Shown: positions 9,001-15,992 of the stretch, piece after piece | Position numbering within the stretch: the first letter of the stretch is position 1 | How the letters are laid out: the number at the start of each line of letters is the position of its first letter | DNA from: Clostridia bacterium | Lineage (GTDB): Bacteria; Bacillota; Clostridia; Christensenellales; UBA1242 | Assembly: GCA_045654505.1 (NCBI GenBank) | Contig: JAZONM010000005.1 | Span: 162,183-226,182, forward strand | Reading direction: 5' to 3' | DNA: 64,000 nt | The notes under the pieces: generated by a model | The model's database searches: none | Told to the model about the DNA's origin: nothing | What the model saw: only the letters and a program-made list of their open reading frames with translations | Translations under genes and position numbers: made by a program

Positions 9001-11852
9001 CTTCTTGGCAATATGGATTTGATGGTACTATAGGTACATTATCACTTAAAGAGGCGGAAGGTAGCACTCTTGTAAGTAAGTATCATATCTATAAGACTAA
9101 TGCAGATAGTACGATTGTGCTAGACGCACTTGTGCCTTACGAAATAAACGCTTCGTCTGATCAATATGTATTACAAGTAAAGGATTTGGAATACTATAGC
9201 AAATATGTAAGATACAGATATGGTTATCAATCAGACATAACTATAAATATTGCAAGTGGTTTTAATATGAATGTAGATACTTATGAGCCAATCGGTATCA
9301 ATGAGTATTATCCATTTAAAGGCACAATAAATGGCGGAAATAATACGATATTGTTTACGAAAAAAATAAATCTACAGCATACACTTGCAAATAATTCTAA
9401 GGTGCTTGACAATGTAGGTCTTGTTGGGTATTCAATTGGACTTAAAGCAAGTAATCTAACTCTAAAAGCTGAAGGAAGTGGTGATGGATTTAGGACACTG
9501 GATGATATGTATTCAGCTGAAAATGTGGGTGGACTTGTAGGTTGTCTATCTATTGAAAGCCCTTATAATACGGAAGATAAAAGTATTCCATATGTTATCG
9601 ATAACATAAACATACAAATGTCAATTATGGGCTATGTAAATGTCGGTGGTATGATAGGTAAGGCTGTAATTATAGATGGCAGTGAAGCAAAACTAAAAAT
9701 AACGAAATGTGACTTCGAACATATAATGGAGTATGATACAACTGAGGAATTATATGTTGTTAAGGTGGAGAATGCTGTAGGTACTCAATTTAAAGAAGTG
9801 CCTGAAAATAATGCAAAATTTGTCGGTGGCTTAATAGGTTATGCTTCTGGTTATAAATTGGACACAACTGACTTTGTCGGAACAATCAATTTTGCCCTTA
9901 ACGGCATTACTGGAAATAGTACTCAAGGTACTGTGGGTGGACAGTATAATCTTGGCGGAATTGTAGGATATGCTAAGAACACATATTTTGAAGGCTGTGT
10001 AGTAGAAGCTACAGATGATAATACTCCAAATATCAAATATTCTAATATTACAGACACTCAAGGTACATATGCCGGAGGTATAGCGGGTGAAACGCTTGAT
10101 TCCTGCATAAAAGGATGTAGAATAGATGGCGTGAGAATTCTTGCGAATATAGACGACACAGGAAATGATATTGGCGGAGTCGTAGGTCGTGCTACTAATT
10201 CTGTAATTGAAGATTGTTATATGCCTTACAGTGAAGCGACCAACTCTACTATTGAAGGTACTTCCTTTATAGGTGGTATTGTGGGCAGAGCTTATGAAGG
10301 TACTATAATAAAGTCATGTGGCACCTATGAAAAACTAACTATTATGATGTTTTATAAAGCTTATTATGTTGGAGGAATAGTAGGTTTTTTGGCAGACAAG
10401 AGTAAAGTTACGGGGGCTTTAGACAATCCTACAGTAAGTAGAGGTACAATAAAAGCTGAAGATGAAATAAGATTTATTGAAAATGGCATAGGTGGTATTG
10501 TAGGGTTGTTGAATAAGGATGGAGTGATTGAGTATTGTGATAATGAATTAAACATAAATTGTGAAAATCTATTTGGTGATGGTGGTGTTGGTGGAATACT
10601 TGGTATAGCAAGTAATAGCACTATTGTCACAATTGCAAACTGTAATAATAAAGGTAATGTTTTGATTAAAGATTCTCAAGTTGGTGGTATATTAGGATAT
10701 TCGTACAATAGTTATGTAGATATAAGTAATTCTACCAACTATGGTAACATTACTGGTAATAATTATGTAGGTGGTATTATTGGTAGAGGAACAGATGGAA
10801 AATACTCAATAATCAATTGCGAAGTCTCAGGGGCTACAATCACTGGATATAAATATGTTGGCGGAATCATAGGTGAACTTAATGCAAATGATGGTACTGA
10901 ATTTAAAGCTGTTTTTGGCTCAGATTCTACCGTAAATGGAGAAGAGTATACAGGTGGGCTAATTGGCAGTGCTGTAAAAGTAAAGCTTTTATCTGGCACG
11001 CAAATGAATGGTAAAGCAAACTTGGGTAGACAGACTACTGAAATAACGGATTTGTATTGTGGTGGTCTTATTGGATATGATTCAGATTGTGATTTTAATG
11101 AGATTGAAGATACAAAAGCACTTGGAGATAGTGCAGAAATCTTTGCAGACATTACCGATCCTAAAGGTAAGTTATACGCTTCTGATGGTAGTATAATAAA
11201 AGGAGCTAACGAAACCTTAACAGTAAAAGATTTAGCACTTAGATATTATTTTGCTGCAGACCCACATGGTGCTGATGGTGTATACTCATATACGGGTAAC
11301 ACTGGTGGAACTTTTAGCATTAGATATAATATATTCTCATATTCCAGTAGTACATCTATAGGTACAAATGAACAAGCAAATTACGTTGGGGTGCTAACGA
11401 ATTATACAGATGATTATAAAATAGGCTTTATTACAGGAAATGGCACATATTATGATTTTGCTGAAAGTACTGCAAGTTTTAAACTTAATGATATTTACTA
11501 TGAATATGATTTTATTTGTTGTGGTGAAGATAGTGGTACCATACATGGTACGTATACTATTTCAGAGGATACATGGGGTGATGATGTAGCTACAGCCTCA
11601 TTGGTATTTAAATTCAACGCATACATATATGACGTAACTAGATCTATGTCTTATACTACATGGGCAATGGGTGGTAATACGAATGTGGTTATCAACCGTA
11701 AAGGTGAATATAAATATAGTAATACTCTTTATGGTACTGGTAGTGCGGCGACCAACAACGACACAGCGATAAAAAATGCAATTGCTGATTTGAATAATAA
11801 ATTTGGACCTATTGTAGTAGATATAGACGAGGGTGATTTAAAACCTATCTAA
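1..11852 (+). CDS. Giant GLUG-motif repeat protein (adhesin/surface-like); 5' end lies upstream of the window
   Basis: Frame 3 is open from nt 3, with no stop before the listed ATG at 168. The upstream residues (..YVAGFAGINGGYISSSFF..) already carry the repeat. Stop TAA at 11850-11852. There are dozens of GG[ILV][AVI]G units spaced about 20-30 aa apart, which is GLUG-motif-like. At least five module starts have the form [WY]xP[IV]G-x5-PFxG, at about nt 1344, 3543, 6684, 7644 and 9282. No C-terminal LPXTG or TM segment is seen. Confidence 0.85.
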   Translation, partial: SSISNINVKGSDYVAGFAGINGGYISSSFFKGGSVISNEKNTKAQAITAGFVAQNMSGKIQYCYVLGAENRDTFDVTQKTISYTANGNPATAIEDNTTYIDKNSNLLYINKNSDADKLEVDLSAYAGYNFYKDYKDNDEYKYISQFRALGSVVYTNNYASGFVGENKAYISNSYSNLVVYGTYAAGFTINNSEGNIEHCYTMCSIENSDNTQYPFARVSGKINSSFYLLMSRIDNLPSKGDVEDYYFDKFSNASSQDATQLSANAFQDYNTFTAWAFNSDYSNNVNIMDGVWFIPQATYENDEAKEATQNTYNEYFKEDDYTPLRPELVSANLQSISLKFFLNTSTGDSDDEDLDTTVINWEYIEVPKWKRSVKDIEGNVLVRDVNIAQGSINNPLLVSTAEEFNLNCGEPITETGVPNMSRKDAVRMIHDISFNNIDQTANTYNVDYIGNFEGNGLSINNLRISADNEDTAVPADEVTRLGLFRRIASTTEKDPITNTDVTIVGNVRNLNLNIVEINGSNVNMVGVLAGSIDSGRVYNIVIDDAEENVNVEGLNAVGGLAGYISGDAEVVNVTSNVSVKANAINQYNTFSYKNPNKPNNQFKMFVSNANTRKVDITNVYSTLAETIRNTSYVGAIAGIIDVNTNPDTNSALSNINNIDRIRQCNVDDEVKLSAEVVGGIAGFVGKDTYMSSCAIKIHANSQLNASRIAGGVVGQNQGFINRIAIEYSNQKEIDAQFIPKTDNTKNDETLYNKYDNPTNNDEANVLNVKQDTFTNNAHYIGGIAGVNIGGYIHNSYSRINVVNVSAQYAGGIIGLNIGAPTTEEVQFDQLYSTGSVYAFYAYGGIIGYQPYVEVLETAEKYRFVDEVSFEGKGINSYANNVKDLIESVYGITPSSISVKTDTKGTTKTVLDIKTTYSNIVGANIWRRIDLNTNRTQYYGGHAPAIVGTFVGYTTLSYDGSDIKDVDLSISKNPINERMIHENSFFKQTFKYSSPNNLVPEIGNAELLAIDYTDVRKESITNFIVYKNNTKEYFITGDYENDGLTYRFSRLAYYGSMRTLNEMIHRTYLIGDNRNGANSIYTRLGTSVIGTSSGGEYDLDKDTVTTNIYRNWNAFNWNGVRLGTNQTIYNDIQGVRDLFPSLVNNIQPAVVYVYTEEDLKLMHSYRNAKFILQNDIMLTQAWEPVGTYTKPFNGELCSSISNGAYNDFTIRNLNIDRYNNDYFGFVAVSAKSNFHHFNIEYSTIKCNKDNDVNSTIAGAVLLGYAKNGQKSSSIHNVDIFAEKADSYINIYSTRYVGGLVGLAENVAIYNCSVKGFVEIKEEPAAEPGAEPTKIEVVNKIKFTSSMALDKNSKLSYHFGLLAGHISVFNNVESTTPQNTVDGIKIIIDNSEVKTVRDYNDAPTADEDAQNPDEVPNNTNINIGGMYGTILEKTGADKTELDINILKDSSITINFVPFAASAENSIENNEDHINIGGMIGNVVDTTLNNITMSNFDINYTNENKVIGAINIGGVVGYGTGIVTNAITRTTSDITVTNALNRTSYSYRIGGVFGFIVHSENIDLDNNFTNKKAIKVNNSKITLNGLTETTPGGGSYYIGGFAGEGDRSAFGYVMVDNGTTYKNNATGEVEVTGKTDIIEFLTASTQNAYVGGVYGKLNGGSLGFAYAIGNIYSNKDAKSTAAGSTSAERYIGGIIGYAGDIWSGANTSIDNVASDVDIVDSQYNSASLVSKVGGVVGVSMGGTAIGKENVITNAHSTGKIYVENNILYTNATNTSAGGIVGYASWTNIDNTYSATQILLGNVKAGSSRNAYLENAAAKGGIVGSMVGATGLDVNHSYYVQDFVPYGTSAGIGVEYDEMMVEALSFGVNRTEDEPNPSSGLILKDERTDTDIFTTGVDRYPTLAWIEDIENASIYCNHTNTVPFVLKNDADIEKEGVAEGTDLYMEANLRYSNKTIYFIGSKENPVKIMKDAGDRSITINPMTTIIVDGGLETNATIYNHGTIIGSNNEFLYDTSQTLGKNSHITGTLHNDNTETTDSDGGNIINIQADIEIQKGYVYASYITYNKKIEYIYNSVVNYDKAIDIVNSTGDVGWSNALQTLIIAKTEQYIYNFSSMGSSIFDLTFDESKYVDKFMNTAFGTSLGNAADVSKYWTMIADSNSGRLVHSWMYKDKYFDTILDNEYRYYEYDEANIDDFSIDSIDDLVLFKEKVNAGEFSGNIQLNTDIDLGAKLWMPIGTETNPFTGTFDGSGHTISNMRVMGNTYNGLFGVTKDATIKNLRIKDAQVAGYGNLSRSAVLIGQSIDRISLEKVGVEDAHIAGNNIAGLIGSLNRSEDEIIPQVSFQHVYAVVAEGESSMENQYAMLVGDTIDATIDPGIEMGEVYAAEIRVGKGNSTYEINEYSSYFLSTKTIDMVSNNSIYLLTRNSGHLTKAVKKSKYEMQTEMLEGFSWSEVWVRESTKNYGLPTLKFEIGYWIDEGKILSELEEGEIYKGMYDGAEVELIAPSYDTDTKTYTIIYPHHLAWVAYQVNELSKNFEGERILITQALDLSSMIWSPIGTEEVPFKGTVSSEYMEDTKSTLKISNMTTYGNYMTTFTEVEDLNTGFVFESRDVNTTYGGLFGNFEGTLESNQIKFDNAVVHNTEYAGVLAGNISTTRESLPITTLQSIDIKGHANVGGLVGMMVQTDGSKITKITCNVIDAVIAVYTATNEEHGLYVGGVVGHGTRVKIQNSTVLNASISAKVDENVDYENGIFAGGIAGYVDSSKIFNCQFGDDAASSYGYATLTSNGSAGGIVAEMKDTELYACLSFGRVYGRQYVGGIVGHMTGSKSIVQNVTMQGEIDSDYHEDVDTYTGGIVGYMENGYLSEAVFIGSLPSVADNYIYAHELGGVVGYHKAGNIVNIYSDVLDFSTKSYTYSNIYGYLVGKTDAIGSISMAVLQCDNNCAFNLLGQWSCKYTGLIGNKVGAEYSLTKLASTITTSCRIHNLHDNDRNFVDYSDGYKAYLYSSSWQYGFDGTIGTLSLKEAEGSTLVSKYHIYKTNADSTIVLDALVPYEINASSDQYVLQVKDLEYYSKYVRYRYGYQSDITINIASGFNMNVDTYEPIGINEYYPFKGTINGGNNTILFTKKINLQHTLANNSKVLDNVGLVGYSIGLKASNLTLKAEGSGDGFRTLDDMYSAENVGGLVGCLSIESPYNTEDKSIPYVIDNINIQMSIMGYVNVGGMIGKAVIIDGSEAKLKITKCDFEHIMEYDTTEELYVVKVENAVGTQFKEVPENNAKFVGGLIGYASGYKLDTTDFVGTINFALNGITGNSTQGTVGGQYNLGGIVGYAKNTYFEGCVVEATDDNTPNIKYSNITDTQGTYAGGIAGETLDSCIKGCRIDGVRILANIDDTGNDIGGVVGRATNSVIEDCYMPYSEATNSTIEGTSFIGGIVGRAYEGTIIKSCGTYEKLTIMMFYKAYYVGGIVGFLADKSKVTGALDNPTVSRGTIKAEDEIRFIENGIGGIVGLLNKDGVIEYCDNELNINCENLFGDGGVGGILGIASNSTIVTIANCNNKGNVLIKDSQVGGILGYSYNSYVDISNSTNYGNITGNNYVGGIIGRGTDGKYSIINCEVSGATITGYKYVGGIIGELNANDGTEFKAVFGSDSTVNGEEYTGGLIGSAVKVKLLSGTQMNGKANLGRQTTEITDLYCGGLIGYDSDCDFNEIEDTKALGDSAEIFADITDPKGKLYASDGSIIKGANETLTVKDLALRYYFAADPHGADGVYSYTGNTGGTFSIRYNIFSYSSSTSIGTNEQANYVGVLTNYTDDYKIGFITGNGTYYDFAESTASFKLNDIYYEYDFICCGEDSGTIHGTYTISEDTWGDDVATASLVFKFNAYIYDVTRSMSYTTWAMGGNTNVVINRKGEYKYSNTLYGTGSAATNNDTAIKNAIADLNNKFGPIVVDIDEGDLKPI

Positions 11853-11875
11853 ACAATAAATTTTAATATGATATT

Positions 11876-11907
11876 AAAAAAAGAGACTCATTCGAGTCTC
11901 TTTTTTG
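11876..11907 (+). terminator. Rho-independent terminator of the giant ORF
   Basis: Stem aagagactc (11881-11889), loop attc, stem gagtctctt (11894-11902), then a T-run. Confidence 0.8.
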
Positions 11908-12065
11908 TGGAATTATAGGACATATTTATTAGTTTTCATTCTATAACTTTTTTAAGTGCTTAAACAGGCGGAGTAGTGTATAAAATAATTAGCAAATCTC
12001 GTCGAATAGGTGGAAAGTGGGAGGAAAAACATTTAAAAAAAGTTTTTCAAAGTCTTATTTTAGTG

Positions 12066-12094
12066 TTGACAGGATTTTGGAGGTGTGTTATACT
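12066..12094 (+). promoter_or_regulatory. Sigma-70-type promoter upstream of rpoB
   Basis: TTGACA (12066-12071), 17 nt, TATACT (12089-12094) with a TGt extended -10. About 170 nt of leader precedes rpoB. Confidence 0.55.
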
Positions 12095-12266
12095 CGTAGT
12101 CGCATAGTATTATTTAGAAGTGTGTCTAAATGTTTTTATTGTTTTAGTATAAAAATTTAATAAAATTCCCTGTTGCTGACCAAAAATGCGTAAAATTGGG
12201 CGGTAAGGGGTTTTTTGTGATATACACTTTAATAATGTCTCATACAAATTTATTTTAAGGAGAAAA

Positions 12267-15200
12267 GTGATAGATATGCTAAATATGCAAAATATCAAAA
12301 AAGTGAAGTACGGCAATAATGTAAGGTACAATTTTAGCAAAACCAAAGAAGTTTTGGAAATCCCATACATGCTTGAAGTACAAAAAGATTCTTACTATAA
12401 ATTTTTGAAGGAGGGCATTGGGGAAGCGCTTTACGAATTTTCGCCTATTACCGATTATGCGGGAAAGGCAGAAGTTCATTTCCTAGACTACCATCTTGAT
12501 GACAAACCAAAACTTAGCAAGGCTGAGACCAAACGTAAAGGTGCAAATTACACAATTGCACTTAAAGGAAAGGTGCGTCTTGTAATTAAGGAAACAGGCG
12601 AAGTAATTGAGAGTGAAGTATTCTTGGGTGACGTTCCTTTCATGACAGAAGAAGGTACTTTTATCTTCAATGGTATTGAGAGAGTTGTTGTAAGCCAAAT
12701 TGTAAAAAGTCCAAGCGTATACTACAGCAAGACCGTCGATAAGACTGGCCGCGAACTTTTTGCATCCACTCTTAGTCCAAAACGTGGTAGCTGGCTAGAA
12801 ATCGAGCAAAAAGAGAAAGATCCAAATTTCTTACGTGTAGCACTAGACAAGGGGGGAAAAATTTCTCTTGGTATTTTCTTAAAATGTTTTGGCCTTACTC
12901 GTGAACAAATTTTGGAGGCACTTGGCGATAATGAAATCATGAAAGCGACTCTTGACCATGATGGTTTTGAGACCCAACATGATGCTTTGCTTGAGCTTAG
13001 CCGTAAGACTCGTCCAAGCGAAATTCCAAATGCTGAGGCGACAAAACAATTTATATTCTCACAATTTTTCTCCACACAATACTACAATCTTGGAGAAGTA
13101 GGCAGATACAAAATCGACAAAAAACTTGGTTTTTACAATCGTCTAATCGGTCTTACTGCTGCTGAAGATATCGTAAATAAGAAAAACGTTCTTGTAAAAG
13201 AGGGCGAGGTTATATCTAAAGAAAAAGCACTTGAAATCCAAAGCTCTGGCATCAATGGAGTATGGGTGTATGGCGCTAATGGCAAAAAACACAAAATGTA
13301 CGGTAATAATCGTGTTGTGCTTTCTGAAGTTATTAAATGCAATGAAAAAGAACTTGGAATCAATCACAGCGTATACTATCCAGTGCTTGCTGAGATTTTG
13401 AAAGAGTACAAAACAAAAGAAGAAAGAATTGAGGCTATTAAAAATAATGTTGACAAACTTGTAGGTAGTACGCTTACAATTGATGACATTTTGGCGACTG
13501 TATCATATTTCCTTGACCTTAATGCAGGTATTGGTTATGTAGACAATGTCGATCACCTTTGTAATAGAAGAATCAAAGGTGCCGGTGAGCTATTGCAAGA
13601 TGCGTTCCGTAGCGGTCTTAGCAAATTAAGCAATGCCGTAAAAGAAACTCTTCAATCACACGATCTAAATGAAATCACCCCTGCTCAAGTAGTAAATGCT
13701 CGTCCTATCAATCGTGCATTTAAAGACTTCTTGGCAGGTCACCAATTGTCCCAACTTATGGACGAAATGAATCCGCTTTCATCTCTTGCACAAAAACGTC
13801 GTATTAGTGCGGTAGGTCCAGGCGGTATCAAGAAAGACCGCGCTACTGACGAGGTCAGAGATATTCACCACAGTCACTATGGCCGTATATGTGTTATTGA
13901 GACTCCAGAAGGTGGCAATATCGGTCTTATCAACTCCCTTTCAGGTTATGCACGTGTTGACGAATATGGATTTATCCAAACAGCATATCGTGTAATAAAC
14001 AAGGAGAAGGGTATCGTAACCACTGATGTAGTTTATTTAATGGCGGACGAGGACGAAAACTGTTATATTGCACAAGCGACTGAGCCTCTAAATGCCGATG
14101 GAAGTTTTAAAAACGACCGTATTACATGTCGTTATATGGATACAATCGTCGAAGTATCAAAAGATATGGTTGATTATATGGACGTAGCTCCAAGCCAACT
14201 TATTTCTGTTCCTACTTCACTTATTCCATTCCTTGAAAACGACGATACAGCACGTGCTCTGATGGGTGCCAACATGCAACGCCAAGCTGTGCCTCTAATC
14301 AAAACAGAAGCTCCACTTGTAGGTACAGGTGTTGAGCACCGTATTGCAAAAGACAATGGCGCGATTATTTGTGCTAAAAATGCTGGTACTGTAAAATTTG
14401 CTGACGGAAATCGTATTGAAGTATTGACTGACGACGGCAATGTAGATGAGTACGAACTTATTAAATTTAAAAAGACCAACCAAGACTCTTGTGTAAACCA
14501 AAAGACAATTGTAAAAGTAGGTCAAAAAGTTAAGAAAGGCGAGACCTTGGCAGATGGTTATAGCACCAATGGCGGTGAGCTTGCTCTTGGTAAAAATATG
14601 CTTATCGCATTCATGAACTGGGAAGGTTATAACTACGAGGACGCGATTCTTCTATCCGAGCGACTTGTAAAAGAAGACGTATACACATCTATATCTCTAA
14701 AAGAAGAAGAAGTAAAATGTCGTAGCACAAAATTGGGTGACGAAGAGTTTACTCGCGACATACCAAATCTTGGCGAAGATGTTTTGAAGAATTTGGACGA
14801 AAACGGTATTATCCGCGTAGGTGCTGAGGTAAAACCTGGCGATATCCTAGTAGGTAAAGTTACACCAAAGGGTGAGACCGAGCCTACACCTGAAGAAAGA
14901 CTACTTAGAGCTATCTTTGGTGAGAAAGCTCGTGACGTAAAAGATACATCACTTAGAGTTCCGCACGGAATTAGTGGTGTAGTAGTAGACGTACAAGTAT
15001 TCTCTCGTAAAAACAAAGACGAACTTGAGACTGGCGTAAATCAAATGGTAAAAGTAACCATTGCTCAAAGACGTAAAATCAGCGTCGGCGACAAGATGGC
15101 AGGACGTCACGGAAATAAAGGTATTGTATCACGCATACTACCTGAGGCAGATATGCCATTTATGGCTAATGGCCAACCTATCGATATCGTGCTAAACCCA

Positions 15201-15980
15201 CTTGGTATACCTAGCCGTATGAACGTTGGACAAGTACTAGAAGTTCATTTAGGATTGGTTGCTAAAGCTCTTGGTATTAAGATTGCAACACCAGTATTTG
15301 ATGGTGTAAAAGAGACTGACATTCAAGAACTTCTTTCCCAAAATGGATTCCCTGAGAATGGAAAAATCCAACTTTACGATGGCCGTACTGGTGAGCCTTT
15401 TGAAAATCCAGTTACTGTCGGATATATGTACTATATCAAACTTGAACACATGGTTAATGATAAGATGCACGCGCGTTCGACAGGTCCTTACGCATATGTT
15501 ACCCAACAACCTCTTGGTGGTAAAGCAATGTTTGGTGGCCAAAGATTTGGTGAAATGGAGGTTTGGGCACTAGAGGCGTATGGTGCAAGTAAATTATTGC
15601 AAGAAATGATGACTGTAAAATCAGATGATGTAGAAGGTCGTCTTGCTACTTACAAAGCAATTGTCGAGGGTACACAATTGCCACAACCAAGCATTCCTGA
15701 GTCCTTTAAAGTACTTATTAAGGAATTGCAAGGTCTAGGTCTAGACATTAGACTGCTTACTAAAAATAATCAAGAATTTAATTTGAGTGACCTTAATAAT
15801 GATATGGTCGAGACTTTCGCAAATGTAACAAAAGGCAGAGAGAAAGTAGATGACTTGGCACTTGAATTTGAAGATGATAAAAATGTCGAAGAAGATTACG
15901 AAAGTAATGAAGACTTTGACGGAATATTTGATGAATCTGCGCTATTTGATGATTTTGACGATAGCGACATGGAAGAGTAG
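12267..15980 (+). CDS. rpoB: DNA-directed RNA polymerase subunit beta
   Basis: Full-length beta subunit with conserved blocks such as GRHGNKGIVSRILP and MNVGQVLE. AAGGAG lies at 12257-12262. The start could be GTG 12267 or ATG 12276/12285. The C-terminus carries an acidic tail (..DFDGIFDESALFDDFDDSDMEE). Confidence 0.97.
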   Translation: MIDMLNMQNIKKVKYGNNVRYNFSKTKEVLEIPYMLEVQKDSYYKFLKEGIGEALYEFSPITDYAGKAEVHFLDYHLDDKPKLSKAETKRKGANYTIALKGKVRLVIKETGEVIESEVFLGDVPFMTEEGTFIFNGIERVVVSQIVKSPSVYYSKTVDKTGRELFASTLSPKRGSWLEIEQKEKDPNFLRVALDKGGKISLGIFLKCFGLTREQILEALGDNEIMKATLDHDGFETQHDALLELSRKTRPSEIPNAEATKQFIFSQFFSTQYYNLGEVGRYKIDKKLGFYNRLIGLTAAEDIVNKKNVLVKEGEVISKEKALEIQSSGINGVWVYGANGKKHKMYGNNRVVLSEVIKCNEKELGINHSVYYPVLAEILKEYKTKEERIEAIKNNVDKLVGSTLTIDDILATVSYFLDLNAGIGYVDNVDHLCNRRIKGAGELLQDAFRSGLSKLSNAVKETLQSHDLNEITPAQVVNARPINRAFKDFLAGHQLSQLMDEMNPLSSLAQKRRISAVGPGGIKKDRATDEVRDIHHSHYGRICVIETPEGGNIGLINSLSGYARVDEYGFIQTAYRVINKEKGIVTTDVVYLMADEDENCYIAQATEPLNADGSFKNDRITCRYMDTIVEVSKDMVDYMDVAPSQLISVPTSLIPFLENDDTARALMGANMQRQAVPLIKTEAPLVGTGVEHRIAKDNGAIICAKNAGTVKFADGNRIEVLTDDGNVDEYELIKFKKTNQDSCVNQKTIVKVGQKVKKGETLADGYSTNGGELALGKNMLIAFMNWEGYNYEDAILLSERLVKEDVYTSISLKEEEVKCRSTKLGDEEFTRDIPNLGEDVLKNLDENGIIRVGAEVKPGDILVGKVTPKGETEPTPEERLLRAIFGEKARDVKDTSLRVPHGISGVVVDVQVFSRKNKDELETGVNQMVKVTIAQRRKISVGDKMAGRHGNKGIVSRILPEADMPFMANGQPIDIVLNPLGIPSRMNVGQVLEVHLGLVAKALGIKIATPVFDGVKETDIQELLSQNGFPENGKIQLYDGRTGEPFENPVTVGYMYYIKLEHMVNDKMHARSTGPYAYVTQQPLGGKAMFGGQRFGEMEVWALEAYGASKLLQEMMTVKSDDVEGRLATYKAIVEGTQLPQPSIPESFKVLIKELQGLGLDIRLLTKNNQEFNLSDLNNDMVETFANVTKGREKVDDLALEFEDDKNVEEDYESNEDFDGIFDESALFDDFDDSDMEE

Positions 15981-15992
15981 GAGGTAAAAAAG

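Noticed and set aside
447-11152. About 20 short ORFs (60-137 aa) nested in or antisense to the giant GLUG ORF, for example 1343-1756(-), 10364-10630(-) and 10763-11152(-).
   Set aside because: They are shadow ORFs. Their Pro/Ser/Thr-rich translations are just the reverse complement of the GGT/GGA-rich repeat codons. None has an SD or promoter, and the sense frame is open for 11.8 kb.
1-11852. The periodic GGTGGT/ATTGT(A/C)GG-type repeats could look like a repeat array or CRISPR-like periodicity.
   Set aside because: The repeats are in frame, degenerate at the nucleotide level and conserved at the protein level (GGxxG). There are no identical direct repeats with unique spacers and no cas genes.
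12110-12370. 86-aa minus-strand ORF spanning the rpoB leader and start.
   Set aside because: It overlaps the rpoB SD and start codon and the predicted leader. It is hydrophobic, low-complexity, AT-driven sequence with no SD.
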